This document shows, piece after piece, positions 56,205 through 64,000 of a DNA stretch of 64,000 nucleotides. The stretch is from IMG/VR virus record IMGVR_UViG_3300034071_000958; one strand, written 5' to 3'. Position 1 is the first letter of the stretch. Each line of letters opens with the position of its first letter. Both the position numbers and the translations under genes were made by a program. The DNA comes from an uncultured virus (IMG/VR IMGVR_UViG_3300034071_000958). Taxonomy: Duplodnaviria; Heunggongvirae; Uroviricota; Caudoviricetes. The notes under the pieces are model-generated. The model saw only the letters and a list, made by a program, of their open reading frames with translations, ran no database searches and was not told the origin of the DNA.

Positions 56205-58820
56205 ATGGGGAATAAGCAAAGATATTTAAGCGGGAAGCAAAAATTAACACCCTTCTCTGGATTAAGTACAGATAGACACGTATTTCTTAGTCCAGAAGAG
56301 GCAGAACCCAATCTTGGATATCCAGGTGAGAGGGCTTTGCCTGTAAAGGATTACTATTATAATCTTGTAACTTTTGAAAATGGCGGTCAATATGATAGAT
56401 ATTGGCAAGTTCCTCCTGCTGGAATTGTTACAGGTATTTCAGTTTTTGAAGAAGGATCGATTGTTGGTACAGGAAATAGTATTAATAAGTTAAATTTTGT
56501 CGGAAATATTGTCAATGTAACTGCAAATAACTTCGGGACAATTTCTACAATTACAATTAGTCCTCCAGGGAATGATAATGAGATAATCTTTAATAATGAT
56601 GGATCCTTTGCTGCTTCTCCATATTTGCTTTTTGACAATGTAACTGGAATAATGACCATCGGGCATTACTTCCATGTTGGTATTGGTGGAACAATCATTA
56701 AGACAACTGCCGAGGGATATGTTGGAATTAATACTCCCAGCCCATCACAGGAGTTGCACGTTCAAGGTGATGTAAGAGTTTCTGGAACAATTTATGACTC
56801 AACCAATGACCCAGGAAATCCAGGAGAGGTTTTAATTAGGACAATCACTGGTATTGAATGGCAATCTCAATCTGCAACACTATCTGGTGCTGGTGGTACA
56901 ATCGGACAAATTCAGTTTCATGGAACTGCTGGATTAGTAGATGGTGCAACTAATTTTTGGTATGATTATACAAATCAAAGAGTTGGTCTAGGTTCAACAA
57001 CTCCAAGATTTGTTTTTGACGTTGTAGGTAGTTCTGGATTTGCTGGACCAGTTACAATCAAAGAATTGTTAGTAACAGGTGTTTCTACATTCCTTGGAAT
57101 TTCAACCTTCCGCAAAGTTGGTATTGGAACTTCAACCTTAGGAGTTGGAGCAGACTTTTCCATCTATGGAAACACATTTTCTTCTGGAATTATTACGGCG
57201 ACTTTGTTTGATGGAAGAGTAAGTAAAAAAGCAATTACTGAGCAACAACTCATTACTGGTGCTGATGGACTTCAAGATTTATTACTAGTTTATGATTTTT
57301 CTGCGGATGATGTAAAGAAAATCAGTATTAATGATGCATCTTTCCAGGGTGTCCAAGGTATTCAAGGAAACCAAGGTGTTCAGGGTTCTCAGGGTCGTCA
57401 AGGAACTCAGGGAACAGCGGGACCACAAGGATTCCAAGGATTCCAAGGATTCCAAGGTCTTCAAGGTATTGGTGGTGGTCCAGGAACTCAAGGTGCTCAA
57501 GGACCTCAAGGAAACCAAGGTCTTCAAGGTTTCCAAGGTAACCAAGGTAACCAAGGTATTCAAGGTCGTCAAGGTATTCAGGGTAATGACGGTGCTCAAG
57601 GCGCTCAAGGTATTCAAGGCATCAGCGGACAGATAGGTGGTGCTGGTAATCAAGGTATTCAAGGTATCCAGGGTATTCAAGGTATTCAGGGATATCAAGG
57701 TGTTCAGGGTCGTCAGGGAATCCAGGGTGTTCAAGGTATCCAGGGTGAGCAAGGTATTCAAGGACGCCAAGGTGTTCAAGGTGAAACTGGAGCGCAGGGT
57801 AACCAAGGAAGACAAGGTATTCAAGGTTTCCAGGGAACTGGAGGTGCTACTGGTGGAACTGGTGGGCAAGGTTTGCAGGGTATTCAGGGAGACTTTGGAC
57901 CACAAGGTAACCAGGGTCTTCAGGGAGTCCAGGGGGAACAAGGTCTCCAGGGTGTTCAGGGTGTTCAGGGTCTCCAAGGTATTCAAGGTATTCAAGGTCG
58001 TCAGGGTATCCAAGGTAATAATGGAAATCAAGGGGCTCAAGGACTTCAAGGTGAGCAAGGTATTCAAGGTCGCCAAGGTATTCAAGGTGACAATGGTGTA
58101 GGATCTCAGGGAACTCAGGGTATTCAAGGTCGTCAAGGTGTCCAAGGAATTAGAGGTGACCTAGGTTCTCAAGGTATCCAGGGAATTCAAGGTATCCAGG
58201 GTGAGCAAGGCATCCAGGGTATTAATGGAACTGGAAACCAAGGTATTCAGGGTAATATTGGACCTCAGGGTGTTCAGGGTTTGCAAGGAAACCAGGGAAT
58301 TAGTGGATTCGTTGGTGGTCAAGGTATTCAAGGTATCCAGGGCATTCAAGGTATTCAAGGTACAGAAGCTGGGTCTGGAACAGTCGCCGCTGGAGTTGTT
58401 CTTTGGTTTGCAAAAAACACTGCTCCAAGTGGATATTTGGAGTGTGACGGATCTGCTGTTTCTAGAGGACTTTATAATGTTCTCTTTACTGCTATTGGAA
58501 CAACCTGGGGTGCGGGAAACGGAGTGAGCACTTTTAATATTCCAGATTTAAGAGGAAATTTCATCAGAGGTTGGGCAAATACTTCATCTGTTGATACTGG
58601 TCGTACTTTTGCTAGTTTCCAAGATCACCAATATCAAACTCACACTCATAATATTCCAACGTATAGCAATAGTGGAACTAATGCTATTCCAAGAACTGCG
58701 ACATTGACAGGAACACTAACAAATATTGAGAGTGGATCTCCCAATGCTACAAATGGCGGTAACTTTGGTAATGAAACAAGACCAAGAAACTATGCGTTAC
58801 TACCCTGTATAAAGACATAA
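56205..58820 (+). CDS. Collagen-like tail fibre with C-terminal tail collar domain
   Basis: G-X-Q tract, then GVVLWFA..APSGYLECDG..LF.AIGTTWG.G.G..TFNIPDLRG.FIRG...ETRPRN.ALL.CIK. Confidence 0.9.
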   Translation: MGNKQRYLSGKQKLTPFSGLSTDRHVFLSPEEAEPNLGYPGERALPVKDYYYNLVTFENGGQYDRYWQVPPAGIVTGISVFEEGSIVGTGNSINKLNFVGNIVNVTANNFGTISTITISPPGNDNEIIFNNDGSFAASPYLLFDNVTGIMTIGHYFHVGIGGTIIKTTAEGYVGINTPSPSQELHVQGDVRVSGTIYDSTNDPGNPGEVLIRTITGIEWQSQSATLSGAGGTIGQIQFHGTAGLVDGATNFWYDYTNQRVGLGSTTPRFVFDVVGSSGFAGPVTIKELLVTGVSTFLGISTFRKVGIGTSTLGVGADFSIYGNTFSSGIITATLFDGRVSKKAITEQQLITGADGLQDLLLVYDFSADDVKKISINDASFQGVQGIQGNQGVQGSQGRQGTQGTAGPQGFQGFQGFQGLQGIGGGPGTQGAQGPQGNQGLQGFQGNQGNQGIQGRQGIQGNDGAQGAQGIQGISGQIGGAGNQGIQGIQGIQGIQGYQGVQGRQGIQGVQGIQGEQGIQGRQGVQGETGAQGNQGRQGIQGFQGTGGATGGTGGQGLQGIQGDFGPQGNQGLQGVQGEQGLQGVQGVQGLQGIQGIQGRQGIQGNNGNQGAQGLQGEQGIQGRQGIQGDNGVGSQGTQGIQGRQGVQGIRGDLGSQGIQGIQGIQGEQGIQGINGTGNQGIQGNIGPQGVQGLQGNQGISGFVGGQGIQGIQGIQGIQGTEAGSGTVAAGVVLWFAKNTAPSGYLECDGSAVSRGLYNVLFTAIGTTWGAGNGVSTFNIPDLRGNFIRGWANTSSVDTGRTFASFQDHQYQTHTHNIPTYSNSGTNAIPRTATLTGTLTNIESGSPNATNGGNFGNETRPRNYALLPCIKT
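57344..58363 (+). repeat. Collagen-like Gly-X-Gln repeat
   Basis: Continuous CAA/CAG-GGN-NNN periodicity with a few interruptions. Confidence 0.95.
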
Positions 58821-58851
58821 ATAATCGTAAAGATACTATTTTATATTAAAG

Positions 58852-59397
58852 ATGTCTTATACTGTCACATGTAGAACCGCAGATGGTGTTGAGCATATTT
58901 TTGATTTGCCCTATGCAAACAGTTGCCCAATTTATAATTATGATGCTGATTTTAAATTTTTCATATCAAAAACTGAAGCTAAAAAGGACCCACTAGAGCA
59001 TAATATGTATCTTGCTCCAGCACATTCCACATGTATTGAAGCTCCTGAACCAGAATTGGGTAAAGTTCGAGTTTTTGATGAAGAAAATCAAGTCTGGAAT
59101 CAGGTTGATGACCTGAGTGGAATGTATTATTCAACAAATCCAGATACTCTGGGAACAGTTATCGCCAATCCAAATCCAGTAGTTGCTCCAGAAAATGCAA
59201 CTAGAACTCCACCACCATTTCATACAGAAAATTATACTTTAGTTTGGAATGCTGAAACTGGAGATACTATTTCTGCAGCATCAGAAAGTTCTGAGTCTGG
59301 TTGGTCTGTTGTTGAAGCAAATCCAGTTACTCCTCAAGAAAAACTGAGAAATCTTGGTCTGACTGTAGAAGATTTAAGAGTTCTTTTAGATCTGTAA
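58852..59397 (+). CDS. Tail fibre assembly chaperone (Tfa-like)
   Basis: IYNYD..F..EA..DP..YL.PAHST..AP..W..V.D..G; directly follows the collar-domain fibre. Confidence 0.75.
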   Translation: MSYTVTCRTADGVEHIFDLPYANSCPIYNYDADFKFFISKTEAKKDPLEHNMYLAPAHSTCIEAPEPELGKVRVFDEENQVWNQVDDLSGMYYSTNPDTLGTVIANPNPVVAPENATRTPPPFHTENYTLVWNAETGDTISAASESSESGWSVVEANPVTPQEKLRNLGLTVEDLRVLLDL

Positions 59398-59407
59398 CCA
59401 CTTTTTA

Positions 59408-59447
59408 AACTGGCACACTTGACACCCGCCCCCATCTGCCCTATAAT
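59408..59447 (+). promoter_or_regulatory. Consensus sigma70 promoter with upstream AAACTGGCACAC motif
   Basis: TTGACA(59419)-17-TATAAT(59442). Confidence 0.85.
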
Positions 59448-59472
59448 ATGGGGGTAATCAACGGAACACCAA

Positions 59473-59682
59473 ATGAGCATTGCACAAGAGACCGTTCAAG
59501 GCATTGTGATTGATGTCTGCACCCGCACCTTCCTTCTTCTCAGCGACCAGGGTAGTGAGCGTCTGGTGGAGTGTGAGACTGTTCAAGAGTTTATGAACGT
59601 GTTGGAAGTTGTCACCGCTCAACTTGACCCTGAGCAGATTGAGTATGCTGACCTGGCAATTTATGGTCAGGATAACAACTAA
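59473..59682 (+). CDS. Hypothetical protein
   Basis: 69 aa; first gene after the strong promoter. Confidence 0.75.
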   Translation: MSIAQETVQGIVIDVCTRTFLLLSDQGSERLVECETVQEFMNVLEVVTAQLDPEQIEYADLAIYGQDNN

Positions 59683-59696
59683 ATAAAAACACAAAA

Positions 59697-59870
59697 ATGG
59701 AAGTTTTCACTGTGGAAGAGTTTCAAGAGAGGTTTGATGAACTGATGGAACGAGTTGAAAATGGAGAGCATTTAGGTATAATTAACGAGAATGGGCAAGC
59801 AGCGGTTATGATACCTGTGGATGATGACCTCATACGAATACACACTGAGTTAAACAACGAGGCATCATAA
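59697..59870 (+). CDS. Phd/YefM antitoxin-like small protein (57 aa; not in ORF track)
   Basis: MEVFTVEEFQERFDELMERVENGEHLGIINENGQAAVMIPVDDDLIRIHTELNNEAS. Confidence 0.6.
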   Translation: MEVFTVEEFQERFDELMERVENGEHLGIINENGQAAVMIPVDDDLIRIHTELNNEAS

Positions 59871-59878
59871 ACGCAGAA

Positions 59879-59966
59879 GCGAGTGAGACTTGGTAGTCAG
59901 AGGAGTCTTATAAACTCTTTCCGCCAGATTAGCGGCTTTGACCTGGTTCGAATCCAGGCACTCGTA
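59879..59966 (+). tRNA. tRNA with UAU anticodon (Ile), atypical long variable arm
   Basis: Acceptor GCGAGTG/CACTCGT; anticodon arm GGAGT-CTTATAA-ACTCT; V-arm CCGC/GCGG; T-arm CCTGG-TTCGAAT-CCAGG. Confidence 0.75.
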
Positions 59967-59970
59967 TCGT

Positions 59971-60043
59971 GCAGGTTTACCAATCTGGTGAATGGACCGT
60001 TCTCATAAAGCGGCGAAGGCGAGTTCAATCCTCGCAACCTGCA
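59971..60043 (+). tRNA. tRNA with CAU anticodon (Met, or Ile2 if lysidine-modified)
   Basis: Acceptor GCAGGTT/AACCTGC; anticodon loop CTCATAA; T-arm GCGAG-TTCAATC-CTCGC. Confidence 0.88.
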
Positions 60044-60045
60044 CT

Positions 60046-60125
60046 TGTCGTGGTTCAAAACTTATGATAGAATCCAGTGGGGCATCTATCAAACGGTTTT
60101 GATTTAGTCTCACAAACACACGGCA
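60046..60125 (+). ncRNA. Unidentified tRNA-sized structured RNA in the tRNA array
   Basis: Three nested 7-bp helices: TGTCGTG/CACGGCA, TCAAAAC/GTTTTGA, TGATAGA/TCTATCA. Confidence 0.55.
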
Positions 60126-60142
60126 TCAAACAAAAAATACAC

Positions 60143-60215
60143 GCCCGTGTAGCCCAGCGGAAGAGGCAGAACACTTAAAATGTTCCAAGCGGTGGTTCGA
60201 ATCCACTCACGGGTA
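60143..60215 (+). tRNA. tRNA-Leu(UAA) with short variable loop
   Basis: Acceptor GCCCGTG/CACGGGT; anticodon arm GAACA-CTTAAAA-TGTTC; T-arm GGTGG-TTCGAAT-CCACT. Confidence 0.88.
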
Positions 60216-60246
60216 TAAAAATAAATATAAGATATGGGAAAACCCA

Positions 60247-60552
60247 ATGTCTTATCGTATCGATCACGCATACTGCTGGTACAATAATGGCAGTATGATC
60301 GTGAAGATGTACTTTATTAATCACGTTCCATTTACATTCGACGAACTTCCAGACGGACATTTATATGACCAAGATCTTTGTAGATTAGCAGATAAAGAAA
60401 GGTCTTTTGAGCCAGAAGACTTGTACAGGAACTCTTTCTATCTAATTGATGAAGAGGTACATCCTTGCTTCTTCGCAGTGGATTTAGAAAACCCAGAAGA
60501 CTTACCAGATGATTTAGAATATGAACATGATGAGGAGGATTTGACCAGCTAA
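60247..60552 (+). CDS. Cyanomyophage-type hypothetical protein
   Basis: IVKMYFINHVPFTFDELP..SFYLIDEEVHPC; late promoter ATAAATA about 60221. Confidence 0.8.
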   Translation: MSYRIDHAYCWYNNGSMIVKMYFINHVPFTFDELPDGHLYDQDLCRLADKERSFEPEDLYRNSFYLIDEEVHPCFFAVDLENPEDLPDDLEYEHDEEDLTS

Positions 60553-60587
60553 ATAGAACATAGAAATATTCTGGTCGTAATAATCCA

Positions 60588-63500
60588 ATGCCTCTTAATA
60601 AATTAGATAATTTTATTAAAAATACTGAAGGTCGTATTCTATATGTAAATCCAAACGATCTTGAAGCAACGGATAGCATCGAGAATCAAGGAAATTCTCT
60701 TGCTAAGCCATTTAAAACAATACAAAGGGCGTTACTAGAGTCTGCAAGATTCTCATACTTAAAAGGTAATAATAATGATGCGATTGAAAAAACTACAATT
60801 TTACTTTTTCCAGGTGAGCATTTAATTGATAATAGACCAGGATTTGCGATTTATAATGACCCCGCACTTGGTGTAAAAGTTAAGTCACCTTCGGGTACAA
60901 TCTCAACTCCATCCGAACAGATTGCACTCAATTTAGATTCTAACTTTGACCTTAACCAAGTTGGAAATATTCTCTACAAATTTAACAGCGTTAATGGTGG
61001 AGTTATTATACCAAGAGGTACATCATTAGTTGGTTTAGACCTAAGAAAAACAAAAATAAGACCAAAGTATGTACCAAATCCCACAGATTCAAATGTTCCT
61101 CGATCTGCTATTTTTAGGCTAACTGGTACTTGTTATCTTTGGCAATTTACAATTTTTGATGGTAGTGAGACTGGAACTGTTTATACCGATAATATAGATT
61201 TTTCTGAAAATAATCGTTCAGTCCCAACATTTTCTCACCATAAACTAACTTGCTTTGAGTATGCTGATGGTGTAAATGAAGTGGTCGGTTATGATTTAAC
61301 CGATCTTGACATGTATTATAGCAAATTGTCAAATGCATTCAATTCGGTAAGAGATATTCCAGAAAAATATCCAGATGACGCAGGCGGATTCGCTAAGCAA
61401 AGAGCAGAATGGGAGATTGTTGGTGCGTTCGCTGCTGATACATTAACGATTGCAAGAATTGAATCTGGTAGTGGTGGAACTGCTGGTCCTATCATTACAG
61501 TAACTACTGTTTTAGAACATAAGTTCAATGAAGGAACACCAATTAAGATTAAGGGTGTTGGTCTTGCTGATGGAGTAAATGATTACAATATTTCTACAAA
61601 GGTACAAAGTGTAATTAATGCAAATACCTTTACATATGTTCTCCCATATGTTCAACCAAATCTACTAACACTTCCAGATGTTAGTGGTGCAACAGTTACG
61701 ATTGAAACGGATACTGTTTCTGGTGCTTCTCCTTATGTCTTCAACTGTTCGCTAAGATCAGTTTATGGCATGAATGGAATGTACGCTGATGGTAGCAAAG
61801 CATCAGGTTTCCGTTCAATGGTTGTTGCACAATTTACAGGTGTTTCTCTACAAAAAGATGATAGGGCATTTGTAAAATATGATGAAGTAGATAGAAACTA
61901 CGAATCAATAACTATTACTAAAAAGACGGGAGCAGAATTATCGGCAGGTGCTTCTTCTTTAGATAAGGATAAAGTCTATCACTTAGATTCAAGCGCAGTC
62001 TATAGAACAGGTTGGGAAACCAATCATATTAAAATGTCGAATGATTCAATCATTCAGATTGTATCTGTGTTTGCTATTGGATTTACTAACCATTTTAATA
62101 CCGAGTCTGGTGGTGACGCATCGATTACCAACTCAAACTCAAACTTTGGTCAATTCTCTCTAACTTCTGATGGATTTAGAGCAGAAGCATTTGACAAGGA
62201 TAATAAGGCTTATATTTCTGCAATTGTTGGTCCAAGAGCAGTTAAATCTGATGAGGCAGACATTGATTGGCAATCCCTAGACGTTGGACTTACAACTTCT
62301 GTTGGAATCTCAAGTCATCTTTATCTTTATGGATTTAATAACCAAGATGATTCCCCACCTATTCTTACTCAAGGATATCGAGTTGGTGCTAGAAGAGATG
62401 ACAAACTTTATGTTAATTTAGGAAGTGGTATTGGCACATTTGGTGCTAATATCTGCATGGTTAATAATGTTATTGGCATTGGAACCACTGCTTTAGGAAC
62501 AAACGTAGCTTATAAGGAATATAGAGTAACCTCAGGTCCTACTAGTAATGTTTTCACTATCGGAGCACATGACATCTTAACTGGTGAAAGTATTTACATT
62601 ACAAGTGATGATGGAGATCTCCCAGAAAATATTGTTTCGCATAGAGTTTATTATGCGATTCGTTCGTCCAGCACAACAATTAAAGTAGCTTCATCAAAAG
62701 CAAATGCTGATAATAATGTAGAAGTTACAGTATATGGTGGATCAAAACTCAAGATTCAGAGTAGAGTTTCTGACAAAGCATCTGGAGATGTAGGACATCC
62801 AGTACAGTGGGACTCTTTCCGCTCAAACTGGTATATCCACAGTACGCATAACAACCCAATTTACAATGCATTTGCAACTTATGGTATTGGAATTCTGGGT
62901 GAGAAAACTGATAACACTTTCGTAAAAAGATTTGATGATTCCAGAAGTCTAGATGAGAAACTCTATAAGATAAGAATTGTTGTACCTAAAGACGCAGAGA
63001 ATGCTAAGGCACCTGCAGAAACATTTATTGTTCAAGAATCAAGTTCTACTGGATATAGAAATGATGGAGATCCTGGTAGAGTAAGTATTGGTGCAACTGA
63101 CTATGATTATCATAGAAATCCAAGATTTATTAGTACATGTATTACTGGTACTACAGGAATCGTAACTGTAACAACTGAATTACCACATAACTTACAAGTT
63201 GGAAACCTAGTTAATATTAAGAGTGTTAGAAGTAGCACGAATACTGGCGGACTATCAAATGAGGGATATAATGGTAAGTTTGCAATTACTGGTATCGTTG
63301 ATGACCATACATTTAGATATTCGACAGTTGATGTTACTGGAGTAACTCACAGTCCAGGTACATTTACAAGTAATACTGCAACCAGAAATACAAATCTACC
63401 CAGATTCGAAAGAAGTGATGTAAATAAAAATTATTTTGTATATCGTTCAGAAATCATTCGTCCATACATTAAGGACGTACAAGATGGTATCTATCATGCA

Positions 63501-64000
63501 TACCTCTTAAACGCAAATAATAGCGTACCTGAAGAATTTACAAATTTAAAATATGCACAAAATGTAACAGATTTATATCCACAACTTGATAAAGATAATG
63601 TAGATGACAATCCTTTTGCTGCAAATACTTACGCAAAGAGAAGTCCAATTGGTGATGTTGTAACTGATGACCTTAAAAAGAGTATTACTAAAGAATCTCT
63701 AGATTTATTTACACAAGATTTTGGAATTGGACTACCAATTGTTGCAGTTTCCACTTCTTTTGCTTCCGTAAATTCTGGTACTGCAACGATTACACTTGGA
63801 CGTGAGCATGGATTTGCAGGTGTTACGACTTATAGTTCATTCTCTGGTGGTAGTGGTTACAATGCTGGAACACATTATAACGTAAAACTCTTTAACAATG
63901 GTACTTCTACTTGGGATGGAGCAACTGCTAAGGTTATTGTATCCAGTGGTGGAACAATCACCGATGTTAAGATTCTTTCCAGAGGATCTGGATATACTGA
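60588..64000 (+). CDS. Very large virion structural protein (beta-helix/fibre-like), 3'-truncated by window edge; absent from ORF track
   Basis: ATG at 60588: MPLNKLDNFIKNTEGRILYVNPNDLEATDSIENQGNSLAKPFKTIQRALLESARFSY...SPYVFNCSLRSVYGMNG... No + strand ORF in the track here, consistent with a frame running off the end. Late promoter CTAAATA at 60549. Confidence 0.85.
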   Translation, partial: MPLNKLDNFIKNTEGRILYVNPNDLEATDSIENQGNSLAKPFKTIQRALLESARFSYLKGNNNDAIEKTTILLFPGEHLIDNRPGFAIYNDPALGVKVKSPSGTISTPSEQIALNLDSNFDLNQVGNILYKFNSVNGGVIIPRGTSLVGLDLRKTKIRPKYVPNPTDSNVPRSAIFRLTGTCYLWQFTIFDGSETGTVYTDNIDFSENNRSVPTFSHHKLTCFEYADGVNEVVGYDLTDLDMYYSKLSNAFNSVRDIPEKYPDDAGGFAKQRAEWEIVGAFAADTLTIARIESGSGGTAGPIITVTTVLEHKFNEGTPIKIKGVGLADGVNDYNISTKVQSVINANTFTYVLPYVQPNLLTLPDVSGATVTIETDTVSGASPYVFNCSLRSVYGMNGMYADGSKASGFRSMVVAQFTGVSLQKDDRAFVKYDEVDRNYESITITKKTGAELSAGASSLDKDKVYHLDSSAVYRTGWETNHIKMSNDSIIQIVSVFAIGFTNHFNTESGGDASITNSNSNFGQFSLTSDGFRAEAFDKDNKAYISAIVGPRAVKSDEADIDWQSLDVGLTTSVGISSHLYLYGFNNQDDSPPILTQGYRVGARRDDKLYVNLGSGIGTFGANICMVNNVIGIGTTALGTNVAYKEYRVTSGPTSNVFTIGAHDILTGESIYITSDDGDLPENIVSHRVYYAIRSSSTTIKVASSKANADNNVEVTVYGGSKLKIQSRVSDKASGDVGHPVQWDSFRSNWYIHSTHNNPIYNAFATYGIGILGEKTDNTFVKRFDDSRSLDEKLYKIRIVVPKDAENAKAPAETFIVQESSSTGYRNDGDPGRVSIGATDYDYHRNPRFISTCITGTTGIVTVTTELPHNLQVGNLVNIKSVRSSTNTGGLSNEGYNGKFAITGIVDDHTFRYSTVDVTGVTHSPGTFTSNTATRNTNLPRFERSDVNKNYFVYRSEIIRPYIKDVQDGIYHAYLLNANNSVPEEFTNLKYAQNVTDLYPQLDKDNVDDNPFAANTYAKRSPIGDVVTDDLKKSITKESLDLFTQDFGIGLPIVAVSTSFASVNSGTATITLGREHGFAGVTTYSSFSGGSGYNAGTHYNVKLFNNGTSTWDGATAKVIVSSGGTITDVKILSRGSGYT

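Noticed and set aside
57285..58527. Overlapping ORFs up to 286 aa over the second collagen tract
   Set aside because: Same repeat-shadow artefact.
1..64000. Stop-codon reassignment
   Set aside because: Known genes are full length under the standard code, TAA, TAG and TGA all act as stops, and no suppressor anticodon is present.

Overview
64 kb segment of a T4-like cyanomyophage genome. In order: the 3' end of a subtilase-like protein and virion structural genes; a photosynthesis cassette (structured leader, psbA, free-standing EndoVII/F-CphI-like endonuclease, psbD); small accessory genes; a tail-fibre cassette with a 2373-aa Gly-X-Gln collagen-like fibre and three RCC1-like propeller proteins; a glycan-modification cluster; glutaredoxin; a putative nitrogen-responsive small-protein locus; thyX, phoH, exonuclease, gp33, gp59, gp32; baseplate/tail genes; a second paralogous collagen-fibre cassette; three tRNAs plus a structured RNA; and the start of a very large structural gene. 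The most striking observation is at 32946-33733: an NtcA-type box and sigma70 promoter precede two tandem glnA-class (glutamine riboswitch)-like aptamers whose P2 loops each enclose a small ORF, upstream of a DUF4278-like YRG protein. Other notable items: an insertion that replaced the gp59 3' end and left the old end behind, a candidate -1 frameshift joining gp26 to gp51, and atypical tRNAs. All calls come from motif recognition by eye; no searches or folding programs were run.
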